A program made the translations under genes and the position numbers. A DNA stretch of 24,000 nucleotides from an uncultured Gammaproteobacteria bacterium (GTDB taxonomy: Bacteria; Pseudomonadota; Gammaproteobacteria; Xanthomonadales; Rhodanobacteraceae), in NCBI GenBank assembly GCA_963800395.1, contig CAWDBD010000005.1, positions 495 to 24,494 on the forward strand. Direction: 5' to 3'. Shown piece after piece: positions 8,018 to 17,411 of the stretch. Position 1 is the first letter of the stretch; each line of letters starts with the position of its first letter. The notes under the pieces were generated by a model. The model made no database searches and had not been told where the DNA came from. It worked only from the letters and a program-made list of their open reading frames with translations.

Positions 8018-9553
8018 GTGAAACGGCGCGTTCGCTCTGCGGCTGTATCCCCGGGTCGCACATGGTTGCGGCCGGTGGCGGTGAGCATAGCCCTGGCCTT
8101 GAGCGGGGCCGCGCAGGCACAAACGGCTGCGCCCGGCCTGCGCACCAGCAGCGATGCACGCATCTTCAGGCATTGGGCCACGCCTGGCCAGAGCGCACTC
8201 GATGCGCCGTCACGCGCCGGCGCGGGGCAGACACTGGTGGTTGGCAACTGCAGCGATGCCGGCGCGGGCTCGCTGCGCGACACCCTGGCCATGGCCGCCG
8301 ACGGTGACACGCTGGATCTGAGCGGACTGCAGTGCGGGCGGATCCAGCTTGAAACGGGCGTACTGAAGGTGATGGCCGATGACATCCATCTGGTCGGGCC
8401 CGGTGCCGACAAGCTGATGATCGACGGTGGTGGTACCGACCGGGTGCTGATCGACCCATACAGCCTGCTGACCATCTCCGGTCTCACCATCGGCAATGGC
8501 GTCAACCGGACCACGGGTTTTCATGTCGCCGGTGGCGGTTGCATCGCCGCAGCCGGCGAGCTGAGGCTGGTGGACAGCATTGTCAGCGGCTGCCTCGCTG
8601 CGGGCGAGGGGGCCTACGGCGGCGCGCTTTATGCGTTCGCACTGACGATGCAGGGAAGCACGATATCGGGCAGCACCGCCTACGGCTATCTTCCTGGTAC
8701 CGGCACCGCGGCCAATGGCGGCGCCGCCTTCGTCTATCAGCTGGATATGGTTGCAAGCACCATAAGCAACAACCACGCCAGCCATTTTGCCGACCCGCCA
8801 CGCTCGAGCTACGACGTTGGCGGTGGGGTGATGGCCGTGCGCGGGGGGCGTATCAGTGCCAGCACCTTCGCTCAAAATCAAGCCGGTGATCGCGGTGGTG
8901 CCGTCAACAGCCTGAATGATCTTTCCATTGCCAACAGCACGCTGGCCGGCAACAGCGTGATCGGAGGGCGCGGGGGTGCCATCTACATGCGTCGCCCTGC
9001 TCGCCTGGCGCTGAACAACGTCACGCTGTCTGGCAATCATGCCGCCGAAGGCGGCGCCCTGCACCTGACTGATGGCGGCGCCAACGTGGTCAGCAGCATC
9101 ATCGCCGGCAACTACGCCGATTCGGTTGCCGGCAGCAACAACATCTCCAGCACATCGTCCCTGGTGCTCGACGGCGACCACAATCTCATCGGCAACGGGC
9201 ACGCCGGCATCACGCTGCCCGCCGACACCGTGGATGCGGACCCGCAGCTTCTGCCGCTGGCGGACAATGGCGGACCGACCCTCACCATGGCGCTCTCACC
9301 GGGCAGCCTCGCGATTGATGCCGGCAGCAACCCGCTTGCTGCCGCCTTTGACCAGCGCGGGCCCGGCTATCCGCGGGTGCTCGACAGTGCTGCCGACATC
9401 GGCGCCTTTGAAGGCACCGCCGTCCCGTTTGTGCCGGTACCGGGTCTCAGCGGGGAGTGGACGGCATGGCTCAGTCTGCTGCTGGGCGGTTTCGCCCTGT
9501 TCAGCTTGGGCGCCGCGCGCGGCCGCGATGGCGTTACAATAGACCGATCATGA
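8018..9553 (+). CDS. Secreted right-handed beta-helix protein with IPTL-CTERM-like C-terminal tail
   Basis: Signal peptide [16 protein letters not shown]. Repeated parallel-beta-helix/choice-of-anchor-Q style motifs ([71 protein letters not shown]). C-terminus [32 protein letters not shown]. Confidence 0.8.
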   Translation: MKRRVRSAAVSPGRTWLRPVAVSIALALSGAAQAQTAAPGLRTSSDARIFRHWATPGQSALDAPSRAGAGQTLVVGNCSDAGAGSLRDTLAMAADGDTLDLSGLQCGRIQLETGVLKVMADDIHLVGPGADKLMIDGGGTDRVLIDPYSLLTISGLTIGNGVNRTTGFHVAGGGCIAAAGELRLVDSIVSGCLAAGEGAYGGALYAFALTMQGSTISGSTAYGYLPGTGTAANGGAAFVYQLDMVASTISNNHASHFADPPRSSYDVGGGVMAVRGGRISASTFAQNQAGDRGGAVNSLNDLSIANSTLAGNSVIGGRGGAIYMRRPARLALNNVTLSGNHAAEGGALHLTDGGANVVSSIIAGNYADSVAGSNNISSTSSLVLDGDHNLIGNGHAGITLPADTVDADPQLLPLADNGGPTLTMALSPGSLAIDAGSNPLAAAFDQRGPGYPRVLDSAADIGAFEGTAVPFVPVPGLSGEWTAWLSLLLGGFALFSLGAARGRDGVTIDRS

Positions 9554-9921
9554 GTACGGTCACAGAAACAACCCCCGACTACCGCAGTGGCGACGCGCCA
9601 CTGACCTTCACTTCGGCTGCCGCGCACAAGGTGCGCGAGCTGATCGAGGAGGAAGGCAATGCGGACCTGAAGCTGCGCGTGTACATCAACGGTGGTGGCT
9701 GCTCGGGATTCCAGTACGGCTTCAGCTTCGATGAGGAGCAGGCCGAGGACGACCTGGCACTGGATCGCGAGGGCGTCCGCCTGCTGGTTGACCCGCTGTC
9801 GCTGCAATACCTGACCGGCGCCGAGATCGACTACGCCGAGGACCTCAGTGGTGCGCAGTTCGTGATACGCAATCCGGCCGCGCGCACCACGTGCAGCTGT
9901 GGCTCCTCGTTCTCTGTCTGA
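9550..9921 (+). CDS. erpA: Iron-sulfur cluster insertion protein ErpA
   Basis: [45 protein letters not shown]...CSCGSSFSV: A-type carrier cysteines. ATG at 9550; the track ORF starts upstream. Confidence 0.95.
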   Translation: MSTVTETTPDYRSGDAPLTFTSAAAHKVRELIEEEGNADLKLRVYINGGGCSGFQYGFSFDEEQAEDDLALDREGVRLLVDPLSLQYLTGAEIDYAEDLSGAQFVIRNPAARTTCSCGSSFSV

Positions 9922-9922
9922 C

Positions 9923-10867
9923 GTGAGCGCAGCACAGCGCACCCGCCACAATACCTTTACCGATATCGGGCTGGATCGCGCCGCCGAGCGGCGCCATGAC
10001 CAGGACTGGCTAGCGCAGCTGCAGCAATCACCGCAATGCCGGTATTTGGTGGTCGACGCCGACGGGCAGGTGCTGGTCAACGCGGATGGCGAGGCACCCT
10101 GCTGGCTGGATGCGAGCAGCCGCGCCAGGGTGTTGCCGCATGTGCCGGCCAGCCTTCTGGGAGTGGACGGCGAGAGCGCACATTTCCTCATTCATGTTGA
10201 TCACGACAACGAGCCGGCTCTGGCAAAGCTTGAAGGCGTCCAGCGCATGGGGCTGCGCAAGCTTGCCGACCAGTTCAATGCCTTCGATGCCGGCCTGTGC
10301 GCCTATGCCTGCGGCCTGGCACACTGGCAGGCCAGCATGCGCTACTGCAACAGTTGCGGCGCCAACCTCGCATTTCGTGATGCCGGGCATCGCGCACAGT
10401 GCAGCAACGAAGCCTGCGCAAAGATGCATTTTCCGCGTACCGATCCGGCCATCATCGTCATCGTCGAACACGATGGCGCGTGCCTGCTGGGGCGCCAGGC
10501 GAACTGGCCGCAGGAGCTGTTTTCAACCCTGGCCGGTTTCGTCGAGCCCGGTGAAGCACTGGAAGACGCGGTACGGCGCGAAGTCGCCGAGGAATCGGGT
10601 GTCGAAGTCATCGATTGCGAATACCACTCCTCGCAACCCTGGCCGTTCCCCGCATCACTGATGCTGGGTTTCACCGCCACCGCATCCGGCCGCGACGTGG
10701 CCTTGCGCGACGGCGAGCTGGCCGAGGCACGCTGGTTCACGCCCGAAGACATCGTGGCCGGGCTGGGCAACGGCTCGCTGAAATTGCCCTCGTCGCTGTC
10801 GGTGTCCTGGCATCTGCTCGACCACTGGTTGCGCGAGCGCGGCGGTATCGCCCTCGACACCTTGTAG
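9923..10867 (+). CDS. nudC: NAD(+) diphosphatase (Nudix, zinc ribbon)
   Basis: Zinc ribbon YCNSCGANLAFRDAGHRAQCSNEAC and Nudix box GFVEPGEALEDAVRREVAEESGV. GTG 9923 preferred over the track start at 9899. Confidence 0.92.
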   Translation: MSAAQRTRHNTFTDIGLDRAAERRHDQDWLAQLQQSPQCRYLVVDADGQVLVNADGEAPCWLDASSRARVLPHVPASLLGVDGESAHFLIHVDHDNEPALAKLEGVQRMGLRKLADQFNAFDAGLCAYACGLAHWQASMRYCNSCGANLAFRDAGHRAQCSNEACAKMHFPRTDPAIIVIVEHDGACLLGRQANWPQELFSTLAGFVEPGEALEDAVRREVAEESGVEVIDCEYHSSQPWPFPASLMLGFTATASGRDVALRDGELAEARWFTPEDIVAGLGNGSLKLPSSLSVSWHLLDHWLRERGGIALDTL

Positions 10868-10889
10868 CACGCACACGGCCCGCCCCGGC

Positions 10890-12221
10890 CTATTTCTGCG
10901 CGGGGACCTCGTCGCCCGGGTGCTTGTAGATCACCCCCGCCTTCATCACGAAATCCACCTTGCGCAGGACACCGATATCGCGGGTCGGATCACCCGCGAC
11001 CGCGATCAGGTCGGCCTGCAGGCCTGGCATGATGCGTCCGATGCGATCCGCCAGACGCAGAATCCGCGCATCGACCGCCGTGGCCGCCAGCAAGGCGTTG
11101 CCCGGCGACATGCCATCGCGGACCATCCATTCCAGCTCCCTGTAATTCTCGCCATGCGGAAACACGCCGACGTCGCTGCCATTGCCGATGGTGACGCCGG
11201 CCTCGCGCGCCAGCTTGAAGGCACGGGCGGCCTGGTTGATGCGCTCGTCGGGCGGGTCGCCCGGCTTCCAGCCGCCGAAGTACTGCGCATAGGCGGCCGT
11301 CGCCGCCAGTGTCGGCAACAAGGCCACATGGTGCTTGTGCATCAAGGCGAACACCTCGGCGGTGCCGCCGTAGCCGTGCTCGATGGTGTCGACGCCGGCC
11401 AGTACCGCACGCCGCATGCCCTCGGCCGTGGTGGCGTGGGCGGATACCGGCAGGCCCAGCGAATGGGCGGTCTCGACCCCCGCCCTCAGCTCGTCCAGGC
11501 TGAAGGTCGGCACCGCGCCATGGCTTTTGCCGCAGTGATAGTCGGCGTAGAGCTTGATCCAGTCCGCGCCGTGTCCGGCCTGCATGCGCACCGCGTCGAT
11601 CATCTGCGCCGTTCCGCTGACCGGCAGGCCGCCCTGGGGAAGATCCAGATCGTCACGAAAACCGGACGGCCCGGGGCCATAACAATGTGCGGCGATCGTG
11701 GCGCGGGTGGCCACCAGCAGTCGCGGCCCGGCAATCAGGCCGTCATCAATGGCCTTCTGCACCGACACGTCGGCGTAGCCCGCACCTTCGGTACCGAGGT
11801 CACGCAGGGTGGTGAACCCGGCCATCAGATCGGCCCGCGCATGCTGCCCCGCTTCCAGGGTCCGGTACGGCACGGACTCCTTGAGCACCTGGTCATTCCA
11901 CAGGGTCTCGTTGTAGGGATGAAGAAACACATGCGAGTGTGCGTCGATCAGGCCGGGCAGCAGGGTCATGCCCGGCAGGTCGACGGTTTCGGCATCCGCA
12001 GGTATCTGGGTATCCGATGCTGCGCCCACGGCCTTGATCTTGCCGTTCTCGACCACAACCACCCAGCCGGCGTGGGTCGCGCTGCTTTGCGCATCGAACA
12101 CGCGCTCGGGCTTGAGCAGATAGGCATGACTGTCAGCGCCCAGTGCGCTGCCGGCCGTCACGGCCAGAAGCGCGGCGAAGGCAAGCAGAACCCGATGACC
12201 GAAGCGTGCTGCGGATCTCAT
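10890..12221 (-). CDS. Secreted amidohydrolase-family metal-dependent hydrolase (Xaa-Pro dipeptidase/imidazolonepropionase-like)
   Basis: Signal peptide; [84 protein letters not shown]. Confidence 0.88.
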   Translation of the reverse strand: MRSAARFGHRVLLAFAALLAVTAGSALGADSHAYLLKPERVFDAQSSATHAGWVVVVENGKIKAVGAASDTQIPADAETVDLPGMTLLPGLIDAHSHVFLHPYNETLWNDQVLKESVPYRTLEAGQHARADLMAGFTTLRDLGTEGAGYADVSVQKAIDDGLIAGPRLLVATRATIAAHCYGPGPSGFRDDLDLPQGGLPVSGTAQMIDAVRMQAGHGADWIKLYADYHCGKSHGAVPTFSLDELRAGVETAHSLGLPVSAHATTAEGMRRAVLAGVDTIEHGYGGTAEVFALMHKHHVALLPTLAATAAYAQYFGGWKPGDPPDERINQAARAFKLAREAGVTIGNGSDVGVFPHGENYRELEWMVRDGMSPGNALLAATAVDARILRLADRIGRIMPGLQADLIAVAGDPTRDIGVLRKVDFVMKAGVIYKHPGDEVPAQK

Positions 12222-12357
12222 GACACTCTCCCCTTGAATGACGTCCGCATACTCTAGCGCGTCAGGCGTTGCTGCCGAAGCGTCATGTCTGCGTGGCCAG
12301 GATGCAGCTGAGCGGATGTCTTGGGATCAAGTTGCAGATTATGGACACTCGCGCTGC

Positions 12358-12375
12358 GAGTCCCGAGTCCCGAGT
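12358..12375. repeat. Short heptanucleotide tract (gagtcccgagtcccgagt)
   Basis: About 2.5 copies of cccgagt next to the stop codon of the spore coat U-like gene. Confidence 0.6.
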
Positions 12376-13365
12376 TCAGTACGTCACCGACACCGTGATC
12401 GTGTCCGAATAGGTGCCGGCGCTGGGCGTGATCTGGCTGGGCACGCGCCCATATACGGTACGGTTCTGGCTGCCGCCGTTGCCGGTGCCATTGACGGTAT
12501 CGGTGCCGGGATTGTTGCCCCAGCGCTGACTTCGCCCGTTGTTGCGATACAACTCGTATTGCACGTACCCCCCGGGGCCCTGCATGCGTCGGGTGTTGCC
12601 GCTGGCATGCATGCCGTTGTCCAGGCCGATTTTCCAGGCCGTGCCGCTGACACAGGTGACGCCGATGGATGAGGTGGCATCGTGCGGGCCGCCGCTATCG
12701 AGCAGGCCGGCGTTGCCGAAGTTCATGTTGGTGGCGGTAACGGTGCAGGTAGGCTGTACGTTGGCGGTGACCGTCCAGTTGCTGAAATTGCCCGCATCGT
12801 CGCCCGTCTGGCCGCAACTGCCGGAGCCGTTGAAGTAAAGCTGGCCCGTGATCTCGACATCCGGATAGCTGAACGTGGCGCTGTAGCTGCCGCTGGTCGC
12901 CGCGGGCTGATTGCCGAACAAGCGACCGTAGATCGGTATGGTGCCTGACACCGTGCTGTACCGACTGATGTAGAAATCACGCACCACTGGATTGGGATAG
13001 GTACCCGAGGAGACCGCACCCCAGACCGAACTGCGACTGGCATTGGTGTAGACCTGAAACGGGAGGTTGCCGCCGGGACCCTGGATCTGACGGTTGCCGC
13101 CATTGAGGCCCAATGGCCCGTTGCCGATGTTGAAGCAAACGTGGGCGTTGTAGTTGGTGTGGGTATAGCTGGTGCAACTCCAGGTCAGCGTGGCGGCAAC
13201 ATCCGTGTTGGCCGGCTGCGAGGTATCGACAGTACCGAAATTGAGCGTCGTGGCACTGGCCTGGCACAGCACCGGGTCGGCGGCCTGCGCGGTACGCGGC
13301 AACAGCGCGCCTCCGGTCAGAAACAGACCAAGCAAACCAAGGCGTGCGATCAGGTTGATACTCAT
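12376..13365 (-). CDS. Two-domain spore coat U-like protein, probable tip adhesin of an archaic chaperone-usher pilus
   Basis: Signal peptide; two SCPU-type domains (QASATTLNFGTVDTSQPANT... and QPTCTVTATNMNFGNAGLLDSG...), ending YSDTITVSVTY. Overlaps the usher gene by 4 bp. Confidence 0.88.
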   Translation of the reverse strand: MSINLIARLGLLGLFLTGGALLPRTAQAADPVLCQASATTLNFGTVDTSQPANTDVAATLTWSCTSYTHTNYNAHVCFNIGNGPLGLNGGNRQIQGPGGNLPFQVYTNASRSSVWGAVSSGTYPNPVVRDFYISRYSTVSGTIPIYGRLFGNQPAATSGSYSATFSYPDVEITGQLYFNGSGSCGQTGDDAGNFSNWTVTANVQPTCTVTATNMNFGNAGLLDSGGPHDATSSIGVTCVSGTAWKIGLDNGMHASGNTRRMQGPGGYVQYELYRNNGRSQRWGNNPGTDTVNGTGNGGSQNRTVYGRVPSQITPSAGTYSDTITVSVTY

Positions 13366-15746
13366 GGCGAATCCTTGCGGCAGGTAACCGGGCCGATCTG
13401 CGGCACTGTTCCACTACCCTTGGGATAGTCGAAGCTGGCGTGGCAGCGGCTGCTATCGGTCTGCACGCTGATTGTGTTGTGTTGCTCGAGCGACTCCAGA
13501 AAGGCGATGCCGTCATAACCGACCACGCTGGCTGCGCCTGCATGGCCCGCAAGGCGCACGCGACTGCCGACCGGCAGCGGCTGGCCGTTTTCGTCGACCA
13601 GCACGATGCTGGCGGCACGCATCGGCTTGATGCCGAAGTCTACCAAGGTGCCGGAGCTGTCGCGCGGGGTGGCCACGGTCCTGACGCGCTCGATGCGGAC
13701 GTCGGCCGGCAGCTTCATCGGGTCGATCTCCAGCTTGTTTTCCTGCCATGCGTTGAGCGGCGTCACCAGCAGCATGCCATCGCCGTCGGTCCGGCCGATC
13801 ACGCGGTTTTCCAGCTTCACCGGCACATCAGCAACGCCGTCGGTGGACACTACGGCAAAGGCATTGTCGACTCGTCGCGCGGCAAAGGCGTGTCCGCCCA
13901 TCAGCACCAGTGAACCGGTCGCCTCGGCGTAGCCGTACTGGCCGCCCCCGCTGCTTCCCAGGCCGGCGCGCAGCTCACCATAGCGTCCGCGGTAGCCGGC
14001 CTCGGCCAGACCGCTGTGATCGCCATCGCCCAGGCGCGCCTGGCTGCGCCAGCCGAAGCCGCCATCGCCGGGAATCGGCTTGCTGGCATTGAGGTTCAGG
14101 TGGGTGCTGCCCTGATCGTGCTGCAGCGAGCCGCCCAGCTGGAGGTGGTGGTCCAGGCTCAGTGCCATGCCCAGAAAGATGCTGCGATCCTGGTGGTTGT
14201 CCAGGTTCTGATTGAGGCTCAGGTTGACCGCCAGCCTGCCGAAGGCCTTCGACCAGAAGCCGTTGGCATAGCGTGACCCGGTCTGGCCCGGATAGCGCAG
14301 GTTGAGGTAGCTGGTGCTGAAACTTCCGGCATGGTTGCTGCTGTAGCCGATCAGCGCACGTTCGCTGACGCTGGGTGGCAGGCTGCCGTAGCGCGAGGCC
14401 ACATCACGCCAATCGCCCTGGGTGCGGGTCGAGTCCAGGCTGAGGTTGAAATGACGGTTGCGCCAGCTGTAGCCGATGTTGGTCAGCGAGCCGCTACCGC
14501 TACGATTGCTGCTGTGTGCCCACGAGCCATGCACGACGCCGGCCTGACCCAGCAGCATCACCCCGCCCGCACCGGCGTTGATCAGGCCATTGATGGCCTC
14601 GGCATGCGCCTTGACCGTGACGCTGTCGCTGACACCATGGCGCCAGGTACCGCTGGCAGCCGGATCGTGGCCGTAGTCGAATGAAGTCAGGCCGTAATTC
14701 TCGCGCACAAAGCCGACCGAGCCCGACCAGTCCGACAGACCCTTCTGCAGCAGCTGGTTGGTGGTGTAGAACGGGAAATCCAGCGTGGTCGAGCGGCCCA
14801 TGGCATCGGTCAGTACCACCTGTGCATCGCCGCTTCCGGTAATCACCGGCGGGCCATTGAGTTCGAACGGGCCGGGGTTGACCTTGCCGCTGTACTGCTG
14901 GATGCCGTTGACATACAACTCGACATCCGAGGGTGTGGTGGCCTGACCTGTGAACACCGGAATTGGCGTGGTCACGCGGTACGGCTGCAGGGCAAAGTTG
15001 CGCGACAGCTGTACGCCGCCGATACGGGTAGGCCGCGACCAGTCCAGCGCGCCGGTGAGTGTGTCGCCTACGGTCAGGGTCAGCATGTGTCCCGGAAACG
15101 AGCGACGCCAGAAGCTGTCGAGGCGCACCGAACGGCTTCTCCAGCCCGAGGCTTTCTGGTGGTTGGCCTGCATCAGGAAGCTGGAGTCGAAAAGGCCCGC
15201 ATTGCCGAACGCGCGCAGTTCGCTGAAGTTGCTCAGGCTGCCCAGGCCGTCGCTGCCCCGGCTGCCATACAGGTCGTAGTTGAGCAGCAGGCCGGGCGAG
15301 GCGGTAGCGTGCGGTACCGTGGCATGCCTTGTGTTGAGCATGCTGGGAGCCACGTTGAGCATGTCCACCGGCACCAGCAGGTTGAGGCGCTGATTGGCGG
15401 CATCGTAATCGACCTGTGCGCCGGGCAGCGTGTTCAGCGCCAGCGGATCGGGTAGCCCGGCCGGCAGCTTGATGCCCAGTTGCGCAAGCGTGGCCTGGCT
15501 GGCCCAGATCTGGTCGCCGTGCAGGGCAAACTGCACCAGCTTGCCGGTCGGGCGGCCGTTGAGCACCACGTCCAGGTACAGCGCACTGTCGACGCCGCCC
15601 ATGTCCAGGCCGCTGGCGTCATTGATGACCGACGGGCCGGTATTCGAGTACGCAACCGAGGCACTACCGGCGAAGGCGCAGATCGGGAGCAGCAGGCTAG
15701 TGAGCGTCAGTGTCAAGCGACACTGTCGGAGTGACAGTTTCACCAT
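13362..15746 (-). CDS. Outer membrane fimbrial usher (FimD/CsuD-like, archaic type)
   Basis: 794 aa; LYLDVVLNGRPTGKLVQF, YDLYGSRGSDG, VYTTNQLLQKGLSDWSGSVGFVRENYG, FDYGHDPAASGTWRHGVSDSVTVKAHAE, IGRTDGDGMLLVTPLNAWQENKLEIDP. Confidence 0.93.
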   Translation of the reverse strand: MVKLSLRQCRLTLTLTSLLLPICAFAGSASVAYSNTGPSVINDASGLDMGGVDSALYLDVVLNGRPTGKLVQFALHGDQIWASQATLAQLGIKLPAGLPDPLALNTLPGAQVDYDAANQRLNLLVPVDMLNVAPSMLNTRHATVPHATASPGLLLNYDLYGSRGSDGLGSLSNFSELRAFGNAGLFDSSFLMQANHQKASGWRSRSVRLDSFWRRSFPGHMLTLTVGDTLTGALDWSRPTRIGGVQLSRNFALQPYRVTTPIPVFTGQATTPSDVELYVNGIQQYSGKVNPGPFELNGPPVITGSGDAQVVLTDAMGRSTTLDFPFYTTNQLLQKGLSDWSGSVGFVRENYGLTSFDYGHDPAASGTWRHGVSDSVTVKAHAEAINGLINAGAGGVMLLGQAGVVHGSWAHSSNRSGSGSLTNIGYSWRNRHFNLSLDSTRTQGDWRDVASRYGSLPPSVSERALIGYSSNHAGSFSTSYLNLRYPGQTGSRYANGFWSKAFGRLAVNLSLNQNLDNHQDRSIFLGMALSLDHHLQLGGSLQHDQGSTHLNLNASKPIPGDGGFGWRSQARLGDGDHSGLAEAGYRGRYGELRAGLGSSGGGQYGYAEATGSLVLMGGHAFAARRVDNAFAVVSTDGVADVPVKLENRVIGRTDGDGMLLVTPLNAWQENKLEIDPMKLPADVRIERVRTVATPRDSSGTLVDFGIKPMRAASIVLVDENGQPLPVGSRVRLAGHAGAASVVGYDGIAFLESLEQHNTISVQTDSSRCHASFDYPKGSGTVPQIGPVTCRKDSP

Positions 15747-16455
15747 TGACTTTGGCCTCGAGCTTGCCGTGTGGAGAAATCAGCGCGCCGGCAACCGGGA
15801 GTTCCCAGTGCATGTGCCGGCCCGGCAGAGCGTAGCCAAGCAATCCCTGCTTGAGCGTGTGGCGCTTACCGGAGGCGTTGATGTAGGTCACGTCGCTGAT
15901 CTGTGCATGAAGCTTGCCGCGGTTGCTCACGTCGATCACGGCGTGGCCATTGTCGCGACTCAGGGCCCAGGTCAGCTCGGGGGCGGCATCGCCCTGACCC
16001 GCGGCCTGGATGAATACGGGAATGGAGTAGCGCAACACGAATTTGAGGCCGCCCTCCTTGTCGTCCTTGACCGGCAGTTCGTTGACTACCAGACGGTAGG
16101 CGTCCTCGGCGTCGCGAGGCGCGCCACCGGTGCGGATCACCCGCACCAGCTGGGATTGCTGGGGATCAAGCGCCAGGATCGGGGGACTGGCGACCAGCCC
16201 GCGGCTCGGATCCAGCCGGTCCTTGCCGTCTTCCTGGGTCCAGTGGTACACACGCACCTGAGCGTGCAGGGTCGCGTCGCCGCTGTTGCGCAGCCACAAG
16301 CCGTCCGCCTGCTGGGCGGAAGCCAGGCTGAGCGAGGTCGGCGAAACCTGCAAGCCGCTGGCCGACACGCTGCTGAGCGGCACCAGGACGAAAGCCAGGC
16401 AAAAGCCGGCTATCGCCCTGGTGATGCGAATGCGTTGTGTCAGAGTTGCGAGCAT
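15697..16455 (-). CDS. Periplasmic pilus chaperone (PapD/CsuC-like)
   Basis: LQVSPTSLSLASAQQADGLWLRNSGD...VYHWTQEDGKDRLDPSRGLVASPPILALDPQQSQLVRVIRTGG is the chaperone signature. Confidence 0.92.
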   Translation of the reverse strand: MLATLTQRIRITRAIAGFCLAFVLVPLSSVSASGLQVSPTSLSLASAQQADGLWLRNSGDATLHAQVRVYHWTQEDGKDRLDPSRGLVASPPILALDPQQSQLVRVIRTGGAPRDAEDAYRLVVNELPVKDDKEGGLKFVLRYSIPVFIQAAGQGDAAPELTWALSRDNGHAVIDVSNRGKLHAQISDVTYINASGKRHTLKQGLLGYALPGRHMHWELPVAGALISPHGKLEAKVNGETVTPTVSLDTDAH

Positions 16456-16469
16456 TCCGGTTCAGCGTC

Positions 16470-16967
16470 TCAGTAGGTCACGGTGACCGTGACGGTATCG
16501 CTGTAGCTGCCCGCGGTGGCCGTACCCGGGATGGATGGCACCAGGCCGTAGACGGTCTTCGTCTGCGTACTGCCGTTGCCGGTATCCGCCACGGTGTCGG
16601 TACCAATGGTGTCACCCCAGACCGAGGTGTGGCCGGCATTGGAGTACATTTCATAACCGATACTGGTACTACCCGGGCCGCTCATCGTACGCGAACCCGT
16701 GCCGCCGCTGGCTGCGGTCAGACCGATAGTGTAGCTGGCATCGGTGGTGCACTTGACCGAGATATCGGTGGTCGAGCCGATATTGGTATCGGCAAAGGTC
16801 TTGGTACCGAAGTCCAGGTCGTTGACGGTGGCCACATTGGCATCGCAGCTGTTCTGGATTTTGATGACGGCATCGAAGCTGGTGGTATCGGTGGCCGCAG
16901 CGGCCATCGTGGCATAGCCGCTTGCAGCCATCAGGGCGCTGGCTAACAACACATACTTGGTCTTCAT
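16470..16967 (-). CDS. Spore coat U-like pilin subunit (major pilin candidate)
   Basis: MKTKYVLLASALMAASGYATMAAAATDTTSFDAVIKIQNSCDANVATVNDLDFG...AGSYSDTVTVTVTY. ATG 16967 with upstream GAGG; the track start at 17048 lacks a signal peptide at the N-terminus. Confidence 0.9.
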   Translation of the reverse strand: MKTKYVLLASALMAASGYATMAAAATDTTSFDAVIKIQNSCDANVATVNDLDFGTKTFADTNIGSTTDISVKCTTDASYTIGLTAASGGTGSRTMSGPGSTSIGYEMYSNAGHTSVWGDTIGTDTVADTGNGSTQTKTVYGLVPSIPGTATAGSYSDTVTVTVTY

Positions 16968-17022
16968 TTGAACTACCTCTTGATTGAAAAGGGCACAATT
17001 TGCGGATTGCAATGGTCTTGTA

Positions 17023-17039
17023 AGCAAAATACATGCCAA
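17023..17039 (-). promoter_or_regulatory. Candidate sigma-54 (-24/-12) promoter of the pilus locus
   Basis: Minus strand TTGGCATGTATTTTGCT: GG and GC dinucleotides with exactly 10 nt between them, close to YTGGCACGNNNNTTGCW. Confidence 0.6.
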
Positions 17040-17042
17040 AGG

Positions 17043-17063
17043 AGACACTTTTTACAAGTGTCT
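17043..17063. promoter_or_regulatory. Perfect inverted repeat AGACACTT-tttac-AAGTGTCT
   Basis: 8-bp perfect arms, immediately upstream of the sigma-54-like element. Confidence 0.6.
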
Positions 17064-17139
17064 GTTTTTATTGCGTTTACAGTGAAGCATCGCTGGAATG
17101 TGACGAAGCCCGACAGCGATTTCTGTGGATTTCGTCGCT

Positions 17140-17155
17140 ATTTGCCGATGCAAAT
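17140..17155. promoter_or_regulatory. Perfect inverted repeat ATTTGC-cgat-GCAAAT, possible upstream activator site
   Basis: 6-bp perfect arms, roughly 100 bp upstream of the -24 element. Confidence 0.35.
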
Positions 17156-17411
17156 CACATTTTAGCATCCCTTCCGAGCAGTCAGAATCACTGATCAGGC
17201 CATCAATTTGCCAAAATGCGGATAAGTGCACATATTTTGCGCCATTTCGTGCGACATGGTTCTCATTTTGCAGCGAGATGCGTTTCCCCGGCGGCCAGTA
17301 GCGATCCAGACTCGGCGGGCTCCTGTCCGGATTCACTTGCGGCACAGCAGTGACAGCTTTCCCCTGTTCACCAGCTACAATTGACGTGACTTCGAGAAAA
17401 AGGTAGCCGGC

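Noticed and set aside
8527-9100. Repeated glycine-rich DNA in the beta-helix gene as a possible CRISPR or tandem-repeat array
   Set aside because: Repeats are at the protein motif level only (irregular beta-helix turns), with no regular nucleotide period or spacers.
8210-9202. 330-aa minus-strand ORF
   Set aside because: Antisense to the secreted beta-helix protein; its repeats only mirror those of the sense gene.
10920-12257. 445-aa plus-strand ORF
   Set aside because: Fully antisense to the amidohydrolase, whose motifs are unambiguous; the protein has no recognisable domain.
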